From the NCBI GenBank assembly GCA_000004985.1, contig GG738848.1: 64,000 bases of DNA. One strand, written 5' to 3'. The stretch comes from Naegleria gruberi (Eukaryota). Position numbers and translations under genes: made by a program. Below the pieces are notes generated by a model. The model was given only the letters and a program-made list of their open reading frames with translations, was not told where the DNA came from and did no database searches. Every line of letters begins with the position of its first letter. Positions within the stretch are counted from its first letter, which is position 1. Shown one piece after another: positions 21,723-32,627 of the stretch.

Positions 21723-23749
21723 TTAATGATGAGATAATTCTGATATTTCCTTATTGACTTGTTTGAGAGCTAGTTTGGCTCTGGAATGTAAAACTTCCTC
21801 AAATGAATATCCACTCATCTTGCTACATTTCTCCAAGTAGTGTTTGACATCCTTCAGAAGGGCAAGTTTTTCTTCCTTCTTTTCTGCAGGGACTTGTTTA
21901 GATTCGAATAAGTAAATTGATTCTCCAATTTCATAATACGAAAAGGCAATCCACTGTTTTTCCAACACAATGTGGTGCTCATAGGAAACTGCCTTTTTAA
22001 ATTCCTCCTTACTTTCCTCATGTTTTCCAAGTAATCTCAAAAATTGACCTCTCACAACTGCCAATCCAGCTTGAATATCATTTCCCAATTTGGAATGGTT
22101 ATCAATGACAATTTCATTTGAAGTCTTGATAAATAATTCGTACAATGGCTCAGCAATGTCTATTTGCAAATTGGCTAAATCTCTCTTGACATATAAAAAG
22201 TGGAAGACTGACATGAACATCATTAAATGTTTTTCCTTTTCTGTTTTTAAATATTTGAAAACTTCAACCTTTTCAGCAGCAAATTTGTCAATTCTTGATC
22301 CCTTTGAAACATATTTTCCAAAACTATCAATCAATTTGTTAGTTCCCTCAATATCTCCGAGTCTTAATTTACAAGCAGCCAGCAACATGGCCGAAATTCC
22401 TTTCGTATCAAAATCCTTTTCAGAGCTCACTAATATATTCAAATAATGTGATGCCTTTTCAAAATCCTCAGTCAAAAAGTAACACCAGCTTAATTCATGT
22501 ACGAGGATGTTTGGCATAAAACCCATCGATTCTTCACAAATTGTAATGGCCTCACTCAAACTGGTAATGGCATTCGAAATGTCTCCCTTCTTTCTTTCAT
22601 AGTGAGATTTCATCATTTTAAATCCACCACTTCTAGGGAAGATCTTTTCTGATTTCTCTAATAATCCACCTGCAATGGCAAGTTTAGTTTCACGATCTTC
22701 CAATGCTCTTGGAATGAACAGATAATTCATTGATAACATGAAGGAGGCAACTCCAAACTGTCTTCCACCATATTCATGATCAAATTTCATTAATTCCAAA
22801 CCATGATCTCTATCTGCATCAAATCCAATCATACTCAAAATGGAAGTTAACATGGGTGGTAGAATTGACAACATGAAATTGAAAATTCTATAAAAATCAA
22901 ATTCAACAAATTTCCAATCCGTTAATTAATAAACCAAATGAACAATTATAAAACATACCCCATTCCAAAATATACATTATGCAAAACATCACTATGAATA
23001 AACTCATTCGAACTCTTTTCATAACTTTTCAAAGGTTCCACAATATTGTAAACATGTTTGAATTTCAAATATGATTTTCTCAAATTGTAAAACCCTTTAA
23101 AATAAGATCCACTACTAAACTGCACAACTCCTCTCATTAAATGTAATTCACCATCAAGAATTTCATGATCCAATTTTAAATTATTAATTTTCTGATCAAT
23201 TGTCAATTCTTTCAGTTGGCAAAAGTTTTTATGATCCTTCTCGTTGAAATTGTAATAATTTTCATTGTTGGAATATAACTCTTCGTCCATTCTTTCTAAT
23301 TCTTGAATGAGATTCGTCAAGTTTGTTGCCGAATGTTTGTTGAAAAGATAAAGAGAATGTTCAGCTGCTTCAATGGCTTTGAGACTTTCATCTCTCAGAG
23401 AAGTATCACCTGAAAGAACACTTCCCAAAATTGCTATTACATTTCAATATATATCATTCATCAAATAATTTACAACAATTTTCAATATTTAATAACATGT
23501 TCATCACCTTCTCCATCTGTACTACTTACGAATAATAGCCAATTCATAGGCCATTCGGGGAATGCTCTTTGCTAATGGATCTAAATACTTTTTAGCTTCT
23601 GCAAATTCAGTATTCCTGATGAATGAATATTTAAATAATTTACATCATATTGATAATAACAATTAATATTAATAATTGTTAGAATAAACAATATGAAGAA
23701 TAAAAACTCACCAAACCAAATGATTTCCTTTGAGAATGCAATTATACAT
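21723..23749 (-). CDS. TTC39/IML2-family TPR protein (DUF3808-like), multi-exon (at least 4 exons)
   Basis: Exons were traced through GTATGT/GTAAGT…AG introns. ATG at 23749 (MYNCILKGNHLVW), then …NTEFAEAKKYLDPLAKSIPRMAYELAII, then …ILGSVLSGDTSLRDESLKAIEAAEHSLYLF…VLHNVYFGMG, then a 71-nt intron (22875-22945), then IFNFMLSILPPMLTS…ISELSHH (stop at 21723). Length and helical TPR-like composition fit the TTC39/Iml2 family. The family assignment is by recognition only. Confidence 0.6.
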
Positions 23750-23901
23750 TTTTTTCAGATGGTTTTTTAATTAGTTGGACAGATCCAATTCGGAGATAGG
23801 AGTTGAACTGCTCTGATATGGTTTTTTCTCTATTATTCTGTTAATAACTGTAGTAACAATTTGCAAGTTAATGGTAATAAATAATAATAAATTAAGTTTA
23901 T

Positions 23902-25182
23902 TTAAGCATTGACTGGAACACCAAAAGCACAATCAGTTTCAATACCCAATGATCCAAAGGAAACACGAGCAAAACCAGATTCACCCCAGTTACTGTATTT
24001 CATTGAATTTCCAAATATGAATCAATTCGATATCCACAAATAAGAAAAAGAAATTAGAAAATCCAAAATATAATTATAATACTCACGCTCCCCATCTAAT
24101 TATTAACAATTGGTAAACGTTTTAAATACATTGAAAATACTTACGAATTTCTAACAATCCAATATTGACTAGCAGTAGCAGAATCCCATCCCCAACCAAC
24201 AACAGCAACAATATGGTTGACTTGTGGGTTATTAAGAACTTGAGTAAAGACACCTCCAGTGTAAGCTTCGAATTGTGGAGTAACTTGACTATTTAAAAAG
24301 TTAATAATAATCATTCCAACTTGAAATACTTACATAGCACAAGTAACTGGACCACGAGCATAGACTTCATTCAAAATACTATCAGAACCCTTCAAAGTAC
24401 CATAAGCACCAACCTTGAATCTCTTATAGTTGGTGATTGGGTGACAATTAGAGTTACCGAAAGTGGTACAAGTGTAACAAGCATTCATGTCAGTACAAGT
24501 TTGATCTATTTCACACAATGTTAATAATTCATATACTATTAATTTGTTAACACATACCAACAGCTCTATAGTTGTTACAGGTTTCATCAGGAATACCAAA
24601 CTTGTTAGCATAAACGTAAACGCTGTAGTGCTGTTGTTATTGTTGTTGTTCCATCATATCCACACAATATTCATCATATCCAATTATCATATTGTTAAAA
24701 GAATAGTAAAATCATTATAAAAACAATCTGTGTTGTTGAAAAAGACTTACATCACCACCCTTGCAGGAACCGGCATTACCACAAGCCAAAACTATCCATA
24801 TGGTTAATATAACAACAATAAATTAATCAACACACTACATACCATGTTGTGGGGAAAGATAAGCACATGGCCATTGTCCCTTTCTCAAAATATTAACACG
24901 ATCAGCCAAAGTAGATGTACTTGCCATAGCCCAACAACTACCACAAGCTTGAGGAAGGTTTTGACTTCTAATGGTGGAAATATAATTGGTTCCATTAACG
25001 TTACGCCAATCAAAGGCTGTTGGCAAAGCCTTTGCGATAGTAACAGGGAATCTATAGGAAGGAGATTCATTCTTCTTGTTCATTTCACGCAAGGCAACGT
25101 TTGGTTGATAGCATGATTCAAAGGCCATGGCAAAGGAGGCCATCATGATCAAACCAACAACAATCAACAATTTGTTCATCAT
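23902..25182 (-). CDS. Cathepsin Z/X-like papain-family cysteine protease (C1A), secreted; ~7 exons
   Basis: ATG at 25182 with signal peptide [18 protein letters not shown]. Exons joined through short GT-AG introns give …[36 protein letters not shown]|[14 protein letters not shown]|[25 protein letters not shown]|QTCTDMN…RGPVTCA|[49 protein letters not shown]|WGA|[29 protein letters not shown]. This is close to human cathepsin Z ([15 protein letters not shown]…VGWG, WIVRNSWG). Confidence 0.85.
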
Positions 25183-25318
25183 TTTTTTTTTCTAAAATAT
25201 TTTTTTTAAATTTTTTTGAACTCCGCTGAAACTCCATTTCCCTCTTTACTAATTCTTTGATAACAACGGCAAGAATTATTGATTTATTAAGGATTTTATG
25301 GAAATGGAGGAAAAATAA

Positions 25319-27421
25319 CTATTGAGACAGAGTTATCATTTGAAAATCTCTTAATTGTGAACTGGTTGGTCTTTGAGATGGATCCTTCTTTAACATGGAA
25401 AGCACGAATTGAATGAGTGATTCTGAATATGGAATGGATTGTCGTTTGATTTGAGAGTAGAGTTGAGAGAGGACTTGATCTTCATGTTCTGAGAGGAGGT
25501 GGGTGGCTATTATGTATTGGAGTGAATCATTGGTCATGAGTTGGTAAAATGAAACACCGAGAGAGAAAATGTCAGATGGCATTCCATAATTTTCATTTGA
25601 AAGACATTCAGGAGACATGAATGCAACTGTTCCCTTTACAGAATTGTTTTCATTACTAATTTCCTTAGCCTCTCCATAATCTCCAATAACTAGCTCTATA
25701 CTATCGATGAAAGGATCGAAGCTGTCAACAAAAATGTTCTTTGGTTTCAAATCTCTGCATTTCCAATATTATTTTTCAGTTTAGGATAAGAATATTAATA
25801 TATTTTCAAATGAATTATACTAAACCTACCTATGGAGAACATTCCTATTAATGTGAAGATATGACAAACCATCTCCAATTTGATTAATTACACTAATCAT
25901 GAGTTTCTCCGAGAATATTCCATTAATTTTCAAACACTTGTCCAAATCTCCCTTATAATATTTCATTACCAAACAAAGAGCATTATTGAGCCTCTTGGAA
26001 ACAAACAACTCATAAACTTCAACCAATCTAGGATGTTTGAATGAGAGAGTCTTTGAACATTCATCAATTGCCTTTTCCATTTCATTATCCGAAACTCGAA
26101 TGCACTTGATGGCAACCAATCGATTAGAGCTCTTGGTATCCTTACACAGGAAACAATCTCCAAACGATCCCGATCCAATCTTTTCCAAAACTTCATATCT
26201 ATTCTTTAACAAATTATTATTCACATCATCGGTGGAACTTGTTGAGGTCACAGATTGTTGATTAAATGAATTTGTAGTTGTGGTGGTATTAGAATTGTTA
26301 GTTCTTAAAGTATGATATGTATCAATCGAGGAATGAGTTTCAATTTCGTGGTCTGAGAATATGACTGGATTATGCATGTTGAGTGAGACAGATTTTTGAG
26401 TATTTGCATTGGACGAAACTGTATTCGAGTTCAATAATTCGTGGTGATGTTCCTCCAAATGAGGAGATTCCTTCTCTTTCTTTTTGCAACTTTTCACAAC
26501 ACAGCAACCAATTAATGAACCAACTGACAGCACAATAATAAAACAAATAATTGAACCCAAAACTATGGCCACAATGATAATTATCTGTGTAATATCTAAG
26601 GATGAGGCGGAATAAGCTTCAATATTGTAAACTATTGGACATGTGTAATCATTGCAATGAATTCTCACATAGAATGGAACATAATTTGATGAGGTTATGT
26701 ACAAATCTGGAACATTAATTGGAAAATACGTATAGGGAGGAGAAGGTTGAACATTTGAAGAACTTTTCACAAACGAAACTCCATCAAACGAAAGAGAAAC
26801 TGCTACCGAAACTGATGTTTTTCCTATTGCTGCAGTTTTCAGTCTCACAGTTGACTTTCCATTAGTGAGACAGGTTTTACAGACCAATTCCTCTGCATCA
26901 TTCATGGACATGGTGAGAGTTGTGCTTTGAGAAGAAAGTTTGACTTCGTGCCAGAATTTTTCCACAACAAAATATTGAATTCGAATAGTTTCGCTACTCG
27001 ATGGATTAAACAAGACGAAATAAGATTCCAATCCTGTATATAATCTGAATTGGGATACCGATGCTGAGGTTGCATTACTAGCCAAAATCTTGAATGTCTG
27101 ATGATACTTGTCAACTTGTAATTGAGGATAGAGAGTTACTGGAATAACACCCATCACTAATTTACCAGTTGCTTGGTATTCCAAACGGAAATATCCATAC
27201 TGATAACTTGTATTATAATTCACAAATTGCAAAGGACCCAATTCATAGTCAATGATAATGTCATTCAGCTCTGTGTTCATTCCGCATGTCAATTTACAAG
27301 ACATCAAGAGCACTATCAATACCATAACTATCCATCTGATGGAAAATACATCAAAAACTCTGCAGATGAAACTGCCTTGCAATCTTCTTGTCTCGTTTGA
27401 TAACAGTTCTGGTTGCGACAT
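25319..27421 (-). CDS. Single-pass receptor-like Ser/Thr protein kinase (signal/anchor, ~250-aa ectodomain, TM, kinase domain); 2 exons
   Basis: ATG at 27421. TM is IIIIVAIVLGSIICFIIVLSVGSLIGCCVV. Kinase subdomains: GSGSFGDCFLCKD…AIK (Gly loop and VAIK). The catalytic loop HR|DLKPKNIF is split by a 76-nt GTAGGT…AG intron (25753-25828, phase 2). DYGEAK stands for DFG, then SPE and the C-lobe. Confidence 0.8.
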
Positions 27422-27625
27422 TTTTTTATCCTAAAGTTTCATCAACAAGTTCTTTTTTGGTAATTTACAAAGATTGAATTCATGAACTTGTCTCCCATTA
27501 GAAAGGGATGCATTTCAATTTGGTTATTAATGTTATCATGTTAATTTACAAAGAAAAAACAATTCTAGTTGACAAAATTTACGATTTTCTGAACATCACT
27601 TTAGAGCGAATATTGGTAAAAAGAT

Positions 27626-27630
27626 AAAAA
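27626..27630 (-). terminator. Pol III terminator (T5) immediately 3' of the 5S gene
   Basis: Minus-strand TTTTT (plus-strand aaaaa) directly follows the 5S 3' end. Confidence 0.7.
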
Positions 27631-27748
27631 GACTACAGCACCACAGGTTCCCAAGTTGTCTCCAACCTCAGTACTGATGTGGCTCGACGATGCTTAACTT
27701 CTCAAATCGGACGGGATGAGGTGCATTCATCGTGATATGGCCGTAGCC
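27631..27748 (-). rRNA. 5S ribosomal RNA gene (dispersed copy)
   Basis: Minus-strand transcript GGCTACGGCCATATCACGATGAATGCACCTCATCCCGTCCGATTTGAGAAGTTAAGCATCGTCGAGCCACATCAGTACTGAGGTTGGAGACAACTTGGGAACCTGTGGTGCTGTAGTC (118 nt) aligns along its whole length with eukaryotic 5S rRNA (GCCTACGGCCATACCAC…CCCGTCCGATCTGCGAAGTTAAGC…GGTGCTGTAGGC). Confidence 0.9.
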
Positions 27749-28606
27749 ATTCATAACCATAAATTACGGTTTATTTATCGTTTTTCGAAGGCAAAGCCAA
27801 AATTTGGACCACCTAAAATACCCTGGTTTGATTATTAAATTGATGAAAACATTACAATTACATACTACTATCATCATGACATTAATTTTTATTTACAATT
27901 TGAGTTGACTTATTTACAAAGGTTAGTTTTTCATCAAAGGCTTTCGGAACAATTAGAATACAATATTATTTACATTACAAAGCCTTCACAATAAAGAACA
28001 AGCTATTAAAATTATATAATTGTCATTTGATGATCATGTAAAATATATTACAGTAATACATCATCATCGGAATTAATGATCATGCTTATTTGTATGATAT
28101 TGAGGAGGATTATAAAAACCAGTCATCATCATAATCACCCAAACAAGAACACACAATACAAAGGAAGTCATATAAGCAGCAGGTTTGGTGGACATTCTTA
28201 TTATTTTGTTTGTTAGATGTATTATTAGATATAATTTAAGAGTTTGATCAAACTTCGTTTTTTTCTGAAATATTATTAAATCAAATATTTGACGCAATTC
28301 AATGATATTAATATCTCGCTTCAAGAATATACTGTTTAAAGAGAATCATAGTAATTTAAAGTCTTTGTATTATTGATCAGAAATGAAACATCTCTATTGT
28401 AATAAAGAGTCCAATTAGTTGTGTGAGGAATTGCGATGTTAAGATTCTCAATTTGTGAAAGATCCTTAATGGATAATGCACCCTGATCATTGTTGAATAT
28501 TGTTGAAGAGGAGTTACACCAAGAAGTGGATAATAGTTTATTTACAGTGAATAGTTTACAACAGTCAGGAATAGTTTACAATTAGTTTTTGAAAGAATGA
28601 AATAAA

Positions 28607-29239
28607 TTAATGAAGTTTGGCAAGTTCTCCTTCAATGGCTTCCATTACTTCTTCTAAAACTGTATCACTTCCAGATCTGTACGAAACCTTTCCTTCACTA
28701 TCAATGACAAACTTTTCAAAATCTTCAACTATAGTCTTGAACGAACCATATTTAGTTAAATAATCACAAGCTGCAACTGGACCACTTGGTGATTCTGTTG
28801 ATTTGAGAATTGTCAAATCGTTATTAAAGAAAGAACCTGTCACTGATCTATCTTGAGTTGAGTTAGTGGAAGCATTCAATAATTGTAAAGTACGTTTCGA
28901 ATACAAATCATGATTTGGAATAACAATCAATTCGAAAGGTTTTCCATTCAATTTCAATTTGAATGAACTCAATTGCTTTAAATATTCTTTACAATGCTCA
29001 TTTTCAGTATTCATAAAGGCAACCAAACAAACTTTTCCCTTCATTTGATGTAAATCAATTCTATTATTGTTAATATCCTTTGTTACAAAGTTATAGAATG
29101 TAATTGGTTCATTCATTGCAGAATTGTGATATGAGGCAAACAACAAGCCTTGTTGTTTCTGATAGGATTGGAACATTGTCTTGTTTCTTGCACTTTTAAA
29201 GGACAATTTGTTAATTTGCTTTAAGGTTCTCGATAACAT
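28607..29239 (-). CDS. Glutathione-peroxidase-like thioredoxin-fold protein with N-terminal presequence; canonical peroxidatic Cys/Sec motif not evident
   Basis: ATG at 29239. MLSRTLKQINKLSFKSARNKTMFQ is basic, hydroxylated and free of acidic residues, consistent with a mitochondrial presequence. PITFYNFVTKDINNNRIDLHQMKGKVCLVAFMNT… and …DFEKFVIDSEGKVSYRSGSDTVLEEVMEAIEGEL parallel GPx segments FYDFxVKDIDGxxVxLxKYKGKVxLIVNVAS… and NFxKFLVDKEGNVVxRYxPTTxP. VASKCG is replaced by MNTENEHC. Confidence 0.5.
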   Translation of the reverse strand: MLSRTLKQINKLSFKSARNKTMFQSYQKQQGLLFASYHNSAMNEPITFYNFVTKDINNNRIDLHQMKGKVCLVAFMNTENEHCKEYLKQLSSFKLKLNGKPFELIVIPNHDLYSKRTLQLLNASTNSTQDRSVTGSFFNNDLTILKSTESPSGPVAACDYLTKYGSFKTIVEDFEKFVIDSEGKVSYRSGSDTVLEEVMEAIEGELAKLH

Positions 29240-29895
29240 TTTGTATGTGATTTAAATTATTTGATGATATTAATAAATGGATATTCAACTTTTTGTTGAT
29301 ATTCTACAATTTTGGAAATAGCACAGAAGAGTAGCAGTGAAAATAGCACAAAGGCTTTGATTTGTTTTTTTTGTGTTTTGATTAACAAGATTCTCTCTGC
29401 CAATGCACAACTTTTAAATCATGGCGCTCAAAAATGTGCAATGGAAGAATTAAAGAAAAATTCCGAAAAAAATTCGCGTTTTATTTTTGGTAGTGAGCTG
29501 CTTGTGTGATAATTTCCGAGTGATGCGAAGGCGACAAGATGACCATTTGAGTTTTGTATTGACAAGTGGCAGAACAGCTGGAAATGAATTGAAAGAACTG
29601 GAAAAGTAAGAATAGGAAGTGTGAAGGCTTGGTAAGAATAGTTTGAATGTGGTGAGGAATGCCTGCAGAGAGCAATATTCGCCATTTACGAAAGTTTGTT
29701 TCCACCACAATATTGTAATTGACCAACTGTAAATCGATTGTTTTACAAAGATAATTATCATGTTATCTTGGAAATCTTTCAAATAGTTTGCATTACAGAA
29801 ATGCATTTCAATATTCTGAACTATTAAGCTACATAATTTCACACACTCAATAAATTTCATTTAAATTTGAAAAAACTACTTTAAACTTTTTTTAT

Positions 29896-31311
29896 TTAGT
29901 TTTGAGCAGTGTATTCCTTCAAGATTTGCTTGATGAATGATTCGAGACCTTCAGTCTTAGCAGCTGGAGTAGCAGTGGCAGTTTGGTTGGTAGCAGTCTT
30001 TGGGGCAACAACCTTTGGAGCAACAACAACAGGCTTCAATTGCTTCTTAGCAGCATTGATCTTCTTAACCAACTTCTTCAAGTCAGCCTTCAAACCCTTC
30101 TTAGCAAAAGCCTTCAAGAAAGCCTTCTTCAATTGTCTCTTCAAAGCCTTCTTCAATTGCTTTCTGTTGAGCTTTCTCTTTGGAGCGGCACACTTTCTGA
30201 CCTTTCTCTTTGGAGCAGCACATCTTCTTCTTCTAACAATCTTTCTCTTTGGAGCACAAGTTCTTCTTCTTCTGACGATCTTTCTCTTTGGAGCACCACA
30301 TTTCTTGGCAACTCTTCTCTTCAAGAATCTTCTGATGAATTTTGGAGCTCTTCTTCTCTTTGGAGCAGCACATCTTCTTCTCTTAACAACTCTCTTCTTT
30401 GGAGCAGCACACTTTCTCTTAACAACTCTTCTCTTTGGAGCAGCACACTTTCTCTTTGGAGCTCTTCTTGGGGCTCTTCTGACAGATCTTCTTCTCTTTG
30501 GAGCAGCACACTTTCTTCTTGGGGCTCTTCTTGATGATCTTCTTCTTGGAGCTCTTCTGGCAGATCTTCTTGATGATCTTCTTCTCTTTGGAGCAGATCT
30601 TCTAGTGGATCTTCTTCTCTTTGGAGCAGATCTTCTTGATGATCTTCTACCACCTCTTCTTTGTTGTCTTCTCTTTGGAGCAGATCTTCTTCTTGGAGCT
30701 CTTCTAGCAGATCTTCTGGTGGATCTTCTTCTTGGAGCAGATCTTCTTGATGATCTTCTAGTGGATCTTCTTTGTCTTCTAGCACCTCTTCTGGCTTGTT
30801 GTCTTCTGGTAGCTCTAACTAACTTTCTCAACAACTTTCTGACAATTCTGACAGACTTGGCGAACTTTCTAGAATTCTTCAATTGAGCAACGAGAGTAAC
30901 TAATTCTTCCTTTCTGTTATCCTTCTTCAACTTGTTCAAGTATTTGACAATCTTGGTCAACTTTCTCAAATAAGTAGTAGCAACCTTCTTGGACAATCTT
31001 CTTCTTTCGTGGGAAGTAGAGGTAACCAAACCGAGATTCTTGATATTCTTCAACAACTTTCTCAAATATCTAACAGCTCTTCTCTTACTGGCTCTTCTTC
31101 TTCTTGGTGCTCTTCTCTTTCTATCATCACCTCTTCTTCTTCTTGGTTGGGCATCTCTGGATTGTTTTTCACGTTGATCACGGACTGTTTGCAAGAATTT
31201 TTGCAACATGGCTTCTTGGTCAGCTTGTTCAGTGGTAGCCATTTGAGCGGTGGCAAAAACAGCCAAGAACAAAACAGCCAAAATGGCGGCAAGAATAAAA
31301 CTGCTTCTCAT
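29896..31311 (-). CDS. Secreted hyper-basic arginine-rich repeat protein (signal peptide, then ~440 aa dominated by RRSAP(K/R)RRRS(T/S)RRS and KCAAPKRR(V/R) repeats)
   Basis: ATG at 31311. MRSSFILAAILAVLFLAVFATAQ is a signal peptide. The body is >40% Arg+Lys, with tandem ~10-11-aa repeats, regularly spaced Cys in KCAAPKRR units, and an A/K/V/P-rich C-terminus. Coding DNA is built from AGA/AAG/GCT/CCA/TCT/TTG codons, so the local GC is well above surroundings. The plus-strand ORFs over this interval (poly-L/F/G) are antisense artefacts. Confidence 0.7.
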   Translation of the reverse strand: MRSSFILAAILAVLFLAVFATAQMATTEQADQEAMLQKFLQTVRDQREKQSRDAQPRRRRGDDRKRRAPRRRRASKRRAVRYLRKLLKNIKNLGLVTSTSHERRRLSKKVATTYLRKLTKIVKYLNKLKKDNRKEELVTLVAQLKNSRKFAKSVRIVRKLLRKLVRATRRQQARRGARRQRRSTRRSSRRSAPRRRSTRRSARRAPRRRSAPKRRQQRRGGRRSSRRSAPKRRRSTRRSAPKRRRSSRRSARRAPRRRSSRRAPRRKCAAPKRRRSVRRAPRRAPKRKCAAPKRRVVKRKCAAPKKRVVKRRRCAAPKRRRAPKFIRRFLKRRVAKKCGAPKRKIVRRRRTCAPKRKIVRRRRCAAPKRKVRKCAAPKRKLNRKQLKKALKRQLKKAFLKAFAKKGLKADLKKLVKKINAAKKQLKPVVVAPKVVAPKTATNQTATATPAAKTEGLESFIKQILKEYTAQN

Positions 31312-32088
31312 TTTGAGTTTTCTTTGTATTTTTTTTTAGATGATGAGGAAAGTAAATGTCGCAACTTGCCTCGCATTTTATTGGCTCTTAGATGATTATA
31401 ATGACTACCATAGACGAGTGACAGCGGGTTAAGTTCTTATGACTGCTTGTGGAAACTGATTATGTTAATGATGATTATTGCAATCAAGAAGCAATTTAAT
31501 TGAAAGTGTGTTTTGTATTTGAAGGGTTGCAATACTGGAACTGGCATGAACGAATTGTACTACTACAGTTGAGAGCGCTATTATTGTTGATGAAACCTTC
31601 ATTATTGGTATTGAAGAATTCATGTTATCTTGAATATTTTCAGAAAAAAGAAACTAGACGAAAGATATCAAGAATATGATAAAGAATTAGAATTCTAATA
31701 TTCGATCACCTTTAAATTGAAACGCAGAACAGCAACGGACCAGAATTGATGTAAATATTGACAAGTTAAAATATTTCGATTATCTCATCATTATAACGGG
31801 TTGATTTGTAATTGGAACCGAATCACTATTGCTATCCCATTATTGGATTTAGAGCATTTAAAACAATTACAACAAATATTCAATGCTATTGAATGTTAAT
31901 TACGGAGAGTGTGGTATACTAAGAGAGGAGTGTGAAAAGTCCGTTTGTCCATCTAGATTTAATATTGTAAATGTTTGAGAATTAGATGAATAACACATAA
32001 TTCTATTAAATGGTGAAATGAGAAAAAAGCAGCAATATGAAATATTTGACATTGGGGAAGAATATCATAACAAAATAACAAAAAGTCA

Positions 32089-32160
32089 TAGCAAATCTAG
32101 GTTTCGATCCTAGGACCTATGGGTTATGAGCCCATCGCGCTTCCGCTGCGCCAATTTGCT
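32089..32160 (-). tRNA. Initiator tRNA-Met (CAU)
   Basis: Minus strand AGCAAATTGGCGCAGCGGAAGCGCGATGGGCTCATAACCCATAGGTCCTAGGATCGAAACCTAGATTTGCTA is 72 nt. It has A1:U72, anticodon loop CTCATAA with three G:C pairs in the anticodon stem, and T loop GATCGAAAC (A54/A60), the eukaryotic initiator hallmarks. It is near-identical in layout to human tRNAi-Met. Confidence 0.9.
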
Positions 32161-32627
32161 TTACATTTATATTTCTAAAAAAAACATTTTGAAATATATT
32201 ATCAGACTTTTAGAGCCAGTAGATTCTTTTCTATTACATTTTCTTTGTTGTTATTTGCTTCTTTATATTTTGTATTAATTTGTATTAGCCAAATCAGTAC
32301 TTCCGTAAATTACTTCGAATGGTCCATGTCTTGTCTTTCACTGTTCATCAAATTCTTCTCGAAAGAATCTACCTCTATTCGCAACTCAAAAAAAAGAAGG
32401 TAAAATCTCCTACCACTACAATATTTTAATAATAAAACGAAAATCCAGCTCAGGTTCATCTCTTAAGTAAAACCAAGCAAAATATATGCGCACAATCGGG
32501 AGGCTATTTACTAATTGGTAAACATTATTTCGTTTTGGGAAGTTGGCATAACATATAAATTGAACAATTAAACAAAAAAAAATGACACAACAACAACAAT
32601 TGATAAATATTAATTTTTAATAATACA

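Noticed and set aside
22090-22446. Plus-strand 118-aa ORF antisense to the TTC39-like gene, and similar antisense ORFs inside the cyclase gene (48482-51283), DLST (53647-54738), GS (56143-57187), BTB gene (58206-59239) and kinase (25966-27434)
   Set aside because: All overlap strongly supported genes on the opposite strand or in another frame and lack any domain signature.
29909-31395. Plus-strand ORFs (29909-30886, 29983-30534, 31009-31395) and minus-strand 30321-30785 overlapping the arginine-rich gene
   Set aside because: They are antisense or alternate-frame readings of the AGA/AAG/TCT minisatellite, giving poly-L/F/S/E low-complexity strings. The sense frame has a signal peptide and coherent repeat structure.
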